A stretch of DNA of 64,000 nt from the human T2T-CHM13v2.0 reference genome, Homo sapiens (GCF_009914755.1 NC_060925.1); one strand, 5' to 3'. Counted from the first letter of the stretch, positions 14,343 through 28,241 are shown. Notes: a model not told the origin generated them from the sequence alone. Program-made: numbers and translations.

Positions 14343-14380
<38 letters not shown>

Positions 14381-15025
14381 TTCTTCATCTAGGTTTGCCT
14401 ATTGTTAATATTTAGCCACATTTGCTCTCTTCTTTCTCTTCCTGTTTCTTCACACACACATACACATTCACACACATATACACATACGCACACATACACA
14501 CACATCTATATGTAAATATATAATATATTTTCATTAATTTTGAGAAAAGATTTGAGAATAAAGTGTAAAAATTGAGACATTTTATTTCTAAAAACTGTAG
14601 AACAGATAATGTATCTCCTAACAAGGGGATTCTCTTACATAACTAAAGTTAAATTATCAATTTCAGGAAATTTAGAATTCAATACTATTATCTAATATAC
14701 AATCCATACTCAACTTTTTCTAAATTAAAGCAATGTTTTCCTTTATAGAAATTTTTTTTTCCTCAACACAAGATCCAATCCAAGATTAACAACTGTGTTA
14801 GTTTTTGTTTCTCTTTATTCTCCTTTACTCTGGCATTCTCCTTTATTCTTTTTATATCCTTTATATTCTCCTTTATTCTTTTATTTATCTTTTATTCTCC
14901 TTTACTCTAAGATACTTAGGCTCATTTTCTCTTTTATAATATTAACATTAACATTTTTGATGAAAAAGGCCCAATATTTTTTAGAATGTCCCTCAATTTT
15001 GGTTTGTCTGATATTTTTATGATTT
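14290..15025 (-). mobile_element. Old L1M 3' UTR fragment containing a (CA)n at about 14344-14375
   Basis: aaggggattctcttacataac..tatctaatatacaatccatactcaa..tagaatgtccctcaattttggtttgtctgat resemble an L1MC/ME 3' end. Confidence 0.7.
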
Positions 15026-16413
15026 AAGATATCTTGTATGTGCGTGATTTTATTTCTATTCTAAACTTGCCTACGATAACAAACTAAGGAGTACTATGTA
15101 GTTCAAGGTCAGCTGCATTTGGCCAGTACACTAAGCCCTTACAGCTGACATTTGTTACAATTTGCACCTGCACCCTTCCCTGTATAAAAACAACACTTAC
15201 TCAAATAATGTACCAAACCTTACAGTGATCTACCGAGGTTAAAGTCTTGCATGCATACTGGAACCTGAGGCTTAAAGCTACTTAGGCCACATCAGTTAAA
15301 AACTATCTGCATGATTATAAAAGATATTCTGCCTAACTCAACATAAATCGCTGTAAACCACCATAGTTAAAGAAAATACCTATGGACTATGCTTACTAAA
15401 GTGCCACAAAAGCCTAAAGTCACCTGCACTAGCCAAGTGAGGAGTTCCAATCTTTCTGTGTTACCTCTGTCTCCAAATTTAATCCTTTGCTTATGTTTCA
15501 AAGATCTCAGCGCAATATAGACACAATGCCTATGACTGGTGGGGTCTTAATACATAATTGCTATGTCAGATGGGATTGCAATGGATTACACTGATGTTTG
15601 AGCCTAAAACAAGATGTCCTTTTGCAAATGTGGTAAGAGCATAATTTTCTCCCGGTGTTGGAGAAAAATTACCTCCATTTTCCCATTAGATTATCCACCC
15701 AAACAGACAGTCAAATTTGATATTTCAACAAGGCTTAACCACAACTTCAGTTAGCCAAAAAATTGGGCATTGAAACAGAAGCACTCCTTAAGTGATGGGC
15801 TGAACCTCAAGGGCACTCATCAGACCCTGGATTTTGACATCCATGAAAGTGAATACCAGGCACAGAGAGCACAGATGTGTTGTTGCTGTTGACAGAAAAG
15901 ACCCTGCAGTGTTGGCAAACAGAAATGAAAATGATGAACAAATCAGTCCAGAAAACAGGTGCTGACATGTGGCTTCATATCAGATGGAACACTTCCTTCA
16001 CTTGTGTGACAAGGAAATCGAGGACAGAACACCCAGCAACATTACACAAAAACAAAATCTTGAAAAAAGAAACAGAGAGGCATAAAAATGATAGATGAAA
16101 AGGCCATAAGAAATGGCCTGATCAAACAATTCAAAACCGTTGGTGATTGAAGGCTGTGTGGTGATGCTTTACTCCCGGCTTCTGTCCTTGGCCTCTGGCG
16201 ACTTCACCTCAGCTGGCTCTTGCATTGAATGAAGGTGGTAATACGCAGTTCTTTTTGGTGGACTAAAAAGGTTCTTTCGGTTTCAATGCAGGTTTGAAGA
16301 GCCCTGGATTTCTAACCATGAAAAAAGGGAAAAACTAGGACCAGGAGGCTTATTTTAGCACATCATAATGTAGCATTTTCTAACCTATAGAATTTTCTAG
16401 AAAGAATATTAGC

Positions 16414-18047
16414 CAGCAGTTTTCAAAGTTTGATGTAGGAGTCTCTAACTGTTCCTGAAACTCTTTAAAGGAGTTTGTGCAGTCAGAACTATTTACATAA
16501 CACTAAAATGTTATTTGACATTTTCACTCTTATTTTCTTATGAGTGTAACCATGGAATTTTCCAGAGGCTACCTGTAGTGTGATGGCATTATCATTATCC
16601 ATCTGATAGCTAATGGAATGTATATTTACGTTTTCTGGAATTTTCTAAGATAGTATAAATATATACTTTCTCAGGGATTAACTCAGTTTGTTCTCAGTAC
16701 TTTTCTTTTACTATCTCTGGCTATCTGCAATTATACCTCCCAGTCTCTCTAAGTTTGTTATCAAAAAAGTCATTATTTTGAAATTCCTAGATAAACCCTG
16801 CAATTTTATAAAAAAGACAAAAGGTACATTTTGGAATTTCAACATAATAACTTTATTAGGTAATAATGAGGTTAAATGGGAAGTAAAATTACTAGTACAA
16901 CAGTGGCAACAAGGTATACTGGTAACTTATCTCTATCATACTAGTAAATGCCAGTTTTACATAAAACCATCTTTGATAAAGTTGTAGCAATGTCTAACTT
17001 TATCAGGTATTGACCCTTGAGTACTTTCTTATTTATGTTTTGTGTGACAAAACGGGAAATATACGTAAAGTAGTTCTGCACACCAAAGTACAATAGTTGT
17101 ATCAAGAAAAAGCACTTGATTTTGTGTGATTTTGTTTTGATCTAACTGCTTTTCTCATAGAACAGAAATAGAGCAACTATGGTTATTCAGACTGATGTAT
17201 TTGGCAGACGTTTTCTGAAAAATGGACAAAGTGAGCCTGCCATTTTGAAGAAAATAGTGGCCAATATTTGTAGTCAATGATAAAATTAGGGCTTTCTAGC
17301 AAAAATTAAGATTTTGGCAAACTTGTGTCCATCAGTATTAACTTTTAAACTTTGCAATATTTAAAAACTTTACTATGGAGCTCAGTAATGATATTAACAA
17401 ATGTGATTTATTGATGATATTATCTAATAAAATGTGTCTATGGAAGATCCACATAAATTATTAAATATTAAATATCAACTAATATTTTTCGAGTGATCCA
17501 TGCATGATGTTACAATACCATACATGAGTCAAACATTCCTTGAGACTACAGTTAGACTAATGAAATTTAATGTGACAATTCATTTACATGGTTTCAGATT
17601 CTACATTGCAAATAACCTAGACAAAACTACACTTACGTCATTTTTGTGTGGTATCAAAGAACAGCATATATAATTATTTGAAAATGCTGCTGAAATATGT
17701 ACTTCTTCCAATTCAGATCTGTGTCAAACGGATTTTCTTCATTTACTTCAGCTAAAACTACATACTAGAACTCACTGGGTGATGAAGCAGATATGAGAGT
17801 CTAGTTAACGTCTAGCAAGCCAGACTTCAAAGAGGTTTGCAAAAATATAAAATAATGCCATTTTTCTCACTATTTTTGGAAAGTATACATTTATTTTAAC
17901 AAGTAGTACTTTTTGTGAATTAATATTTGTTTTATATTGGTAATGGAAGTAATATAGCTATACAGACAAAATAAATATAAGCTCTTTGGGGCTCTCAATT
18001 TTTTATAGTATAAAGGGATAATGAGACCAAAAAGTTGAAAACTTCTG
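16414..18047. mobile_element. hAT-Charlie DNA transposon (Charlie1 family), both ends present
   Basis: Termini cagcagttttcaaagt ... aaagttgaaaacttctg; 8-bp TSD atattagc (16406-16413) / atataagc (18048-18055); Charlie1-like subterminal 'aagctctttgggg..gagaccaaaaag'. Confidence 0.9.
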
Positions 18048-18268
18048 ATATAAGCTACTTTTCATTTCTATAATATCAAACAATTGTGGACATTTATCTC
18101 AGGAACTATTCTAGGTGTCAGAGTGTCAGAGGAGAAAAAAAACAGAACATACATTTAAGATGTTGAATGTAGTGAAGAAAAAAACTTGAAAGGCACCTGA
18201 CCTTATTTCTGTAACATTAATGTGAACTATACGCTAATATTATGAGAATTAGATGCCTTCCAAGTTTT

Positions 18269-18571
18269 CGTTGTTGGTGTTGTTTTGAGACAGGGTCTCT
18301 CTGTGTCACCCAGGCTGGAGTGCAGTGTTGAGATCTTGGCTCACTGCAACCTAAATCTCCCATGCTCAAGCAATCCTCCCACCTCAGCCTCTGGAGTAAC
18401 TGGGACTACAGGCACATGCCACCACCCTCAGCTATTTATTTTACTTTATTTTTTGAGAGATGAGGTCTCATTATGTTTCCCAGGCTGGCCTCACACTCCT
18501 GGGGTCAAATGAGCCTCCCGCTTTGGCCTCCCAAAGTGCTAGGATTACAGGCTTGAGTCACTGTGCCTGGC
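18269..18571 (-). mobile_element. AluJ, full length
   Basis: Perfect 15-bp TSD tgccttccaagtttt at 18254-18268 and 18572-18586. Confidence 0.97.
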
Positions 18572-18589
18572 TGCCTTCCAAGTTTTACT

Positions 18590-18790
18590 CAAAACATTCA
18601 ATATTTATTGAATGCCTACAATATGTCAGGTGCTTCATATTCATTATTTCTAATTTTTGCAGTCTCTGTCAAATATCTCCATGTGAATAATGAAGTTGAG
18701 ATCTAAAGAAGTAAAGAAACGTGCCCATGAATGCACTACTATTTATTGACAGAGCCATAAATCAAGCACAGGACTGTCTGTTTCTAAAAT
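18590..18790 (-). mobile_element. MIR remnant
   Basis: atttattgaatgcctacaatatgtcaggtgc..gaagtaaagaaacgtgccca..cagagcc..ctgtctg resemble the MIR reverse complement. Confidence 0.65.
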
Positions 18791-18989
18791 GCAGATTGTT
18801 TCCATTTTACAAAAGCAGTATCACATAGAAAATGCTTAGATAGAAATTTGATGACTCAAAAAAAGAAATGTCATGTAAAATTTTCCTGCATCAGAGGTGG
18901 TTGGACAAATTAGCATTTTGATACTGCCTATATCACAGATATTGCGAGTATTGTGATTCAAATATTCATTCAATATTGTGATTCAAATA

Positions 18990-20360
18990 TTTATTCTGTT
19001 AATATGGTACATTATATTGTTATTTAAATTTAAAAATACCATAGCTTTCCTGGAATGCCACCCACATAGTTATAATGTAATACATCATTATCCTATATAA
19101 ATACTAATGGATTTGGAACATAAATCTTAGATCTTGGCTTGGTTTTCCTATGAAGGTTATGCCTTCTACCACAGTTTTCTGAAAATGTTTGTGTACAAGT
19201 GAAAGTCTTTTCTAAACATTCGACAATGGAATCTTATTTGTGGAAATGTTTTTAATTACAAATGTATTTCTTTTATAAGATATAGGGATATTCACATGTT
19301 CTATTTTACAATGTGTTAGATTTTGGTAATTTGAGTCTTATTATTAATAGCAATTTGTCTATTTTATCTAAGTTACTGGAATTTTATGAGGATAAAATTG
19401 TTCGTAACATTTTATTAGTTTATAAATGTGGAGGATCTGTAGTAACAGCCTTCTATTTCTGACACTATTAATTTATGTTTTGTATTTTATCCCTTATTAG
19501 TTTGGCTAGCAGTTTTTAAAATGTTATTAGTTTTAGCATAAACTTTTGACTCAATAACTTTCTCTGCAATTTTCTATCAACATTTCTTTTTGCTCCTATT
19601 TTTATTATTTTCTTTCTTCTATCTACTTTGGATTTAATTTTCTCTCTTTTTCTTAAATTCTTACTGTAGAAGCTAGATTATTTTTCATGCCTTTCTTCTT
19701 TTTAATGTAAATAAAGATGTAAATTTCTCTAGCCAATAACTTAGCATCATCCCATAAATTTTTATTTGTATTACCATTCCGTTCCAAATTATTTTCTATT
19801 TCCCTTGTAATTGTTCTTTGATATGTGATTCATTTAAATTGGTATTGTTAGTAATATTTGGAGGTTTTCCAAATATAATTTTGTTATTAGTAACTAATTT
19901 AATTTCACTGTGGTTAGATCATATTTCAACCTTTTTCAATTTATTGCAACATGTTTTATGACCCAACATATGTTCCAATTGGGCCAGCATTCCATGTACA
20001 TTTGAAAATAATATGTATTCTGCAGTTGTTGGGCGTGGTTTACTATAAATGTCAAAAAGATCAAGGTGATTGATAGTGTTGTTCCAATTAACTATATCCT
20101 TAGTGATTTTATTTCTATTGCTCTATCAATTATCAATAAAAGCTGTTAAAATCTCCAATCATGGCTGTGAATTTGTTTTTCTTTTTAGTGTTGCCAGTTT
20201 TTAGTCCATATATTCTGAGCCCCTGTTAATTAAGTGCACACGTATTTAGGATTGTTATATTTTCTTGCTCAATCCACTCTTTTGTCATCTTGAAATGCTC
20301 TCTCTTTATCTTTTCCGATAATCCTTGTCTGTAAGTCTATTGTGTCTGATATGAATCACT
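18990..20360 (-). mobile_element. Old L1M ORF2 fragment
   Basis: Antisense L1 motifs (ttgaaaataatatgtattctgcagttgttggg; ttaaaatctccaa). Confidence 0.75.
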
Positions 20361-20364
20361 ACCA

Positions 20365-23300
20365 TCAACGCCATTTATTTTTTAAAAACTATCTATTATC
20401 TAATAGATTGCATTTGTATCTCTGTCAAAAATTAGTAGACCGTATTTATATGTGTCTTTTTTTGTACTCTCTCTTCTGTTTTATTGATCTGTCTGTTCTT
20501 TCTTTCACCAATACCACATTGTCTTGTTTACTGAGGATCAAAATTGGGTTACTGCTTCTTTTACATTTGTTGACCTTTTAAACGTTGTTTTGATTATTCT
20601 AGTTCCTTGGCTTTCCATATAAATTCTAGAATCAGCTTATTTACGTTTACAGAAACATTTCTGGGAGTTTAGTTTGCATTGCATTAAATCTATTAAACTT
20701 TTTTGGAAAAATTGACATCCTAACTACATAGAATATCTTAATCCATAAATAAACATACTTTTCTTCATTTATTTAGATTTTTTATTTATTTCATTAGTGT
20801 TGTATATTTTTCAGGAGAATCTGTGCATATTGATTATATTTATACCTAAATATTTTATCTTTCATACAGCTATTGTAGGTGGTATTGTTTTCTTAATTTC
20901 AGTTTCCAATTTTCTAACGTTGATTTGTAGAAATATGGCTAATTTTTGTTGGATGATTTTTTATGCATGATATGAACTTGTTAACTTCGCTTAATAGTTC
21001 TAGGAGCTTTTTCTGTGGATTGTGTAAGGTTTTCATCAGAGATAATCTTGCTAATTTAAAATAGGGGCAGTGTTTCTTTCTTTTCCATAATCTGCATGCC
21101 TTCAATTATTTTTCTTGTAATATCTTACTCTTTAGAATGTTTAGTATGATGTTGAATAGGCGGTAAGCATGGACATGCTTGCCTTGTCCCTAAGCTGAGG
21201 AAGAAATTATTCAGTTTTTCACCATAAAATATGATGTTTGTTGTAGACGTTTTTCAAATTTATTGTATCAGTGTTAACAATGGCTCCTTCTATTTTTAGT
21301 TTGCTGACAGTTATTATCATGAATTGATATTGAATTTTGTCAGTAGTATGTTCTACACCAATTGATAAGAATCTGTGATTTTTCTTGTTTAGTCTATAAA
21401 GATGGTAGATTATATTAATTTTCAAATGTTTAACCAGCCATCCATTCCCAGGATAAATCCTACTTTGTGGTGATATATTAGTCTTTTCATATATTGTTTC
21501 ATTAGATTTACAATATTTATTGAGGATTTTTGTGATTACATTCATAATAAATATATATCTGTTGTTAACTGTCTTTCCTTGTGAGTTTTTCGACTGATTT
21601 TAGAATTTGTGTAATGTTGGAATAAAATGAGTTTTACCTCTACTTCTAATTTATAAAGAGATTGCATAGAATTTGTGTTACTATTTTATTCTTTAAAAGT
21701 TTGGACTATTCAGGTTATTTATTTCTTCTCAGGTAATTTTGATAATGTGTGACTTTAAGAAATGTATTATTTCATCTAAGTTGTTCAATTTATGTTCAAG
21801 GAGTTTTTAATAATATTCTCTTCCTTTTTTAATGTCTGCATGGTCTGTAGTGATATGCTTTCTTCCATTCCTGATATTAGTTATTTGTGCCCTCTCTATG
21901 AAATTGAATCTTACTGTATGTTTATTAGTTTTATTGATTTTTTTCCAAAGAACAAGTATGTTAGTCAAAGTTCTTCACAGAAATATAAATAACAGAAGAT
22001 ATTTGTTTATTTATTTATATGAATGAATTGGCCCACATGACTGTGAAGGCTTTGCAAGTTTAAAATCCACTGAGAAAGGTTGGCAGTTTGGAGACTCAGG
22101 AAAAAGTGGTGGTTTGAGTCCATAGACAGTCAGTTGAAAAGTGCTGCAAATGGAATCTGAAGGCAGTCTGCTAGAAAACTAGGAAGAGCTTATGTTTCAG
22201 ATGAGGTCTTAAGAACTTTCAGCTGATTGGATAAGGCCCACCCAAATTATGACAGGCAATCTGATTTACTTAAAGTTTATCAATTTAAATGTAAGTTACA
22301 TCTAAAAAAAACCTTCACAGAAACATCCAGAATAATGTTTGACCAAATATCTGGACAATATGGCTCAACCAAGTTGACACATAAAATTAACTAACTATCA
22401 CAACAAAATTCGGTTTCATTGATTTCTCTATTTTTTCCCTGATTTCAACTTCATTGATTTTTTTAATCTTTTTCTTATTATTTTTCCTTCTGCTTGCTAT
22501 GGGTTTATGCTACTTTTTTTCTGATTTTTTTAGATAAAAAATAATTATTCAAAGTCTTTCTTTTATATCAGTAATATTTAAAACTGTACATTTCCCTCTA
22601 AGAACTGTTTTAACTTCATCCCATAAATGTTGATGTATTATATTCTAATTTCCCTTCAATTAAAAATATATTCTTATTTCTTGAAAATTCCTTTGATCTT
22701 TGTTTAATTTCCAAGTATTTGAGAATTTTGTTCATGTATTTCTGCTATAGATCCCTAGTTCAATTATATTGTGGCCAAAAAAACAAACTGTGTAATTTCA
22801 ATTCTTTACATTTATTGACATTTATTTTATGACTCATGATGTTAAATCTACTGTGATAAATGTTCTATGTGCACTTGAAAGTAATGTGGATTCTGCTGTT
22901 GTTATGTGTAATGATCTATAAATATAAGATCTAACTGGTTGATGGTGTTTTTCCAATCATCTTTATCCATATGGATTTCATTATGTTTGCACTATTGTTA
23001 AACCTGCCACCTATAATTGTGATTTCGCTTATTTATCCTTTAAATTGTATCAATTTTGTTTCATGTATTTTAAATATCTGTTGTGAGGTGCCTATACACT
23101 TAGGGTTATTATATCTTCTTAAATAAACCCTTCTATCATATTGTTTTCTTCTTATTCCTGATAATTTTCTTTGGGCTGACATGCAATTTGTCTGATATTA
23201 CTGTGGCTCCTTGAGCTTTCTTTTGATTAGTTTTTGCATGTGATTTTTTAAACTGTTTTTATTTTAAACTATATATACCATTATATTTAAAGTAGCTTTA

Positions 23301-24215
23301 TCATATACAACTTATAATTGGGCTTTGTTTTTTTAATCCAATTTGACAATCTTTCACTTGGTGTGTTTCGATCATTTACATTTGATGTAATTATTAATAT
23401 GCTTGAATGTATGCTAGTATTTTATTACTTGATATCTATTTGTCCTCTTTGCTTTTAGTTTTTATTTTTCCTTCTCCTGCTTTTTGGTTGAATTTTTAAA
23501 TCCTTTTTGCTATTGCATTTTTATTTAATGAGTTTTTTACTATATTTTTGTTCAATATACTCAGCGATTTCTCTAAGGATTATAATATAAATGCTTACTT
23601 TACAATCCACTTGAAACTAATGTTTTATCACTGCAGTTTGAATTTGCAAATCTTGCCACCACAGTCCTTTATTCTTTCTCCTTTTTGTTGTTGTCATATA
23701 TATTACATCTACATACATTCACAAAACCCACCAGATAATGTTATAATTTTTAATATGTCATACCTATCCTATTTAAAATTATAATATATTTTAATACACT
23801 TAACCAGATTGTTACAATCTTTTTTATTCTCCCTTCATTTCTGAAATTTGTCCCACCCTGAAGTTTCCTATAACATTTCTTTCAGTATAAATCTGCTGAT
23901 GACAGAGTTTCTTTGTTTTTCTTCATCTGAGAATGTTTTTATTTCACCTTCACTCTTTAATGAATTTGTTTATACAGAATTCTGGATTGATAATTATTTT
24001 CTTTCATCACTTGACAAATGTGTTACTGCCTCTGTGGATTCACATAAGAAATCCACTATTATATAAATCCACTATTACATGAATTCTTGTTCCTCTAAAG
24101 GTAATGTATCATTTCCATGTTTTTCCCCTTTGATTTCCACAAGTTGGATCATCCTATGTCTGAGTGTAGGATTCCTTGAGTTTATACATTAAGGGCTTTT
24201 TCAAAAACCATTTAA
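20365..24215 (-). mobile_element. Second old L1M (L1MC/MD-like) ORF2-ORF1 fragment; resumes at about 28260-28410 after a nested L1
   Basis: ORF 21219..21545(-) keeps RT-like residues (NIIYHLYRLNKKNHRFLSIGVEHTTDKIQY). Host sequence continues after 28260 (taggaagttttcagtcactatttcttcaaa). Confidence 0.8.
21957..22402 (-). mobile_element. ERVL solo LTR, MLT2C/D-like
   Basis: Ends aaacatccagaataatgtttgaccaaatatctgg..aagttgacacataaaattaa..atcaca, the reverse complement of the MLT2 5' end. Confidence 0.88.
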
Positions 24216-24216
24216 T

Positions 24217-27200
24217 GGAGGGGCTTCAAGATGGCTGACTAGATACATCTTCCATGAAGAGGAACCAAAATAACGAATAGACAATCATATTTGGAATAGG
24301 TTATCTAAGAGAGAACTCTGACATTCAATAGAAAAGTGACAGAAAGCACCAAAAGCAAAGAGAGAAATGAGGCAGCATGTTTGCCTGGGATTGGCTGGGA
24401 ATTGAAGTAGCTCCTTAATACGGGGAAAAGGTAAGAGAGAGACCCTCAGTATTCCACATTCCTGCCACAGACTCCTACAATTCCAGGAGTGGAAGAGCCC
24501 CTTAACCCTCACAGGTCCCAGGATTAACATAAAAAAGCTGCCTGGAGACTGTGTGAAGGCATTGCTCTAGAGAGAGTGCTCATACGGGGTACCACAAACC
24601 CCTATGTCCTAAGCAGTTGCAGCATGGTGCTGTTATAAGAACACAGTGTTTGCCAGTCAGTATCCTACACTGCCACCTGGGCTGAGGCATGAACCATGAA
24701 CAATGATCCCACACATTCCCCCGACCCCAGCACAGGTACTGCCTCACATTTTCATGTGTCCCAAGGACAAATTCCACTGCCAGCAACTGCCACTGCTGTG
24801 GGCTGCTGCATAGCTGAGGCACAAGTGAAATTGATGCCCCACAGCTGCTTGTTTGCGGCTGCTCCCAGGGAAAGCAAGCTTACCCTTTCCAGTAACAGGG
24901 TCTCGGTACAGCCTCTGGAGTACCCCTTGAGCATTCTATCAGCTACCTGGGGATAACCATGTCTCTGCTTACCACAGCTAACACTTTAATGAACAATTCA
25001 CCACCAAGGGGCCTGAAGGTAGGTCCAGGTTCACCAAGCTTCTCCCCCATAGTACCTAAGCATACTGTCCAGAGACATGAAGCCCAGTCCAATCCACCAG
25101 TGGCACCTGAATTCTCCTGGGGTCTGAGATCAGGACCACTCAATCTGCTGCTACCACCACTACTGGCAACAACCTGCATAAACTACTTTAGGTCTGGGCA
25201 CCAGCCTGTCCAACCTGTTGCAACCACTACACATACTCACATGCACCGCTTTGGTCCTAGGCATTGTCCCACCACTGCTACTGTCATCACCCATGCCACA
25301 TTCAATTCTTAAGTGTTCAAGAACCCACCCATCTACCCAAACCACGACTGTCATTCCTAGAACATGAGCAAGCCACCTAGAGGCCTAATAATCAGCCTGC
25401 CTAGACTTGGTAACACCAGTGCCAGCATACACCACTCAACGACAGGCATGCTAAACCTACCAGTGCTATCTCTAGGGCCTGAAGACTGGCCCACCTGGAA
25501 GTCAGGTGCCCAGAAAAACTTCACCACAGCCTCCACTAATAACCATACCCTCAGCCACCAAGGAAATCATAGACACCACTGACACTGTTTATAGCCAAAG
25601 AAATTATACAAAGACTACAGTACTGAATGCAGCCAGAAGCAAAACTAAAATGTTTTATCCAACCAACACCACAGATACATTTTCAGAAAAATGTCCTTCG
25701 CAATGAAAGCAAATTCAAAAACTGGAAGAAGCAACAATTATACCAGAAGCACATATATCAATGTAAAAACACAGGAAACATGAAAAAACAAGGAAATATG
25801 ACATCTCCAAAGGAACACAATAATTCTCCAGCAACAGATACCAATAAAAAAGAAATTCATAAAATCCCAGAAAAAGATTTCAAAATATGCATAATATAGA
25901 AGCTCAGTGAGATAAAAGATAATTCTGAAAAACAAAACAAATAAATCATAAAAACAATTCAGAATATGAATGAGAAATGTATCAAAGAGATAGATATCAT
26001 ACAAAAGGAAAAACTCCAGAAATTCTGGAACTAAAAAATTCACTGAATAAAATACAAAATACATTCAGCATCTTCAACAATACAATGTCTCAAGCAAAAA
26101 AAGAGAACCTCAGAACTTGAAAATAGGTCTATTGAAATAATCCAATCAGGTAATTATAACGAAGAAAGAATAAAAATGAATGAGCAAAGTCTTCATGATA
26201 TATGGAACATCACAAAGTAACAAAATATTCAGATTTTTGGTGTCCTAAAAGGCAAAGAGATAATGAAAGGGTTAGAAGACCTATGTAATGAAATCATAGG
26301 TGAAAACTGCCCAAGTCTAGCAAGAGATTTAGATATCCAGATTCAGGAAGTTTAAAAGATCCCCAAATAAATATAATACAAAAAATTCTGTTTTAGAACA
26401 CATTATATCTAGTCAAAGACAAAGAGAACGTTTTAAAAACAGCAAAAGAAAAGTGTCTAGTCACCTATAAAAGAACCCCCATCAGTTTAACAGCGGATTT
26501 CTCAGCAGACTTACAGGCCAGTGGAAAATGGGATGATATATTCAACGTGCTGAAAAACAATGTCATTTTTCATGGAATTAGAGAAAAACAATCATAAAAT
26601 GTGTATGAAATCAAGACAAATAGCCAAAGCAATCCTGAGCAAAGTCACCCAAGCTGAAGGCATAACATTACCTGACTTCAAAATATATTACATATAGTAA
26701 CCAAAACAGCATGCTATTGGTATGGAAAAAGACACATAGACCAATGAAATAAAACAGAGAACCCAGAAATAAATATTTATAGACAACTGATTTTTGACAA
26801 AGGCATCAAGAACTTACACTGGGGAAAGGACACCCTCTTTAATAATTCATTATGTGAAAAATGAATATCCACATGCAGAAGAATAAAACTTGAAAGCCTA
26901 TATCTCACTATATACAAAAAACAACTCAGGATGGATTAATGGCAAAAAAGTAAGACCCAAAACTATAAAACTATTAGAAGAATACATAGGGAAAACACTT
27001 CAGGACATTGGTCTAGGCAAACATTTTATGGGAAAGACCTCAAAAGCACAGGCAACTAAAACAAAAAAAGGCAAATTGGAACTATATTAAACTCAAAAGT
27101 TTCTACACAGAAAGCAATCCATAGGGTAAAGAGACATCTTGTTGAATGGGAGAAAATATTTGCCAACTATTCATCTGACAAGGGACTAATATTCAGAATA

Positions 27201-28241
27201 GACAAGGAACTCAAACAACTCAACAGAGAACACAGTAAAACAAATAATTCTATTAAAAGTGGCCAGAGGATATGAATAAACATTTCTCAAAAGAAGATGT
27301 AGAAATGGCCAACAGGTATATGAAAAAAAATCCTTACTATGACTAATCATCAGAAAAATGCAAATCAATACATCAATGAGATATCACCTTACCAGATAAA
27401 ATGGCTATTATTAAAAAGACAAAAAGTAACAGATGCTGGTGAGGACATGGGGAAAAGGGAACTGTTACACACTATTGGTGGGAATGTACATTAGTGCAAC
27501 CACTATGGAAAACATTATGGAGATTTCTTAATAAATTAAACATGGAACTATTATATGATCCTGCAACCTCACTGCTGGATATTGATCCAAAGGAAAAGAA
27601 ATCAGTATAGCAAAGTGATACCTGTATCAACACTGTATCACCTGTAGTTGCATATTTATTACAGCACACAGCACTGTACAAAATAACACAGATACAGGAT
27701 CAATCTAAGTGTCCATCAATGATGAATAGATAGAGAAAAGGGGTAGATATGCTATTTGGCCATCAAAAGAATAAAATTATGTCATTTGCAGCTACGTGGA
27801 TGAAACTAGAGATTATGTTAAGTGAAATAAGCCAGACCCAGAGAGACAAATTTTACATATACTTACTCGAATTGGGAGCTAAAAAATTTGATCGCATGGA
27901 AGTGTAGAGTAGAATGATAGATACCTGAGCTTGGGAAAGGTGTGTGGGTGGGAGGAAGAAATGAAGAGAGGTTGGCTAATGGGCACAAGCATGCAGTTAG
28001 ATACAAGGTGTAAGTTTCACTGTTTGATAGCTCAGTAGGGCGACCATAATTAGCAACACTGTATTGTATATTTCAGAGTAGCTACCAGATAGAACGTGAA
28101 ATGTTCACACAACATAGAAATGATAAATACTCAAGGTGATGGATATCCCAAATACCCTGACTCAATCATTACACATTATATGCATGCAACAAAATATCAC
28201 ATGTACCCCATAAATATGTAAAATATTAGGTATCAATAAAA
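24217..28241 (+). mobile_element. L1MA (mid-age) with 5' UTR, partial ORF1, large internal deletion, ORF2 C-terminus and 3' UTR
   Basis: Starts ggaggggcttcaagatggctgactag; ORF1-like MKKQGNMTSPKEHNNSPATD; junction at about 26557 to late ORF2; L1MA-type 3' end atgtaccccataaatatgt..aataaa. Confidence 0.9.

Noticed and set aside
18948-18992. Short tandem duplications (tattgtgattcaaatatt twice; also aaatccactatta twice at about 24050-24078)
   Set aside because: Ordinary slippage duplications with no further structure.
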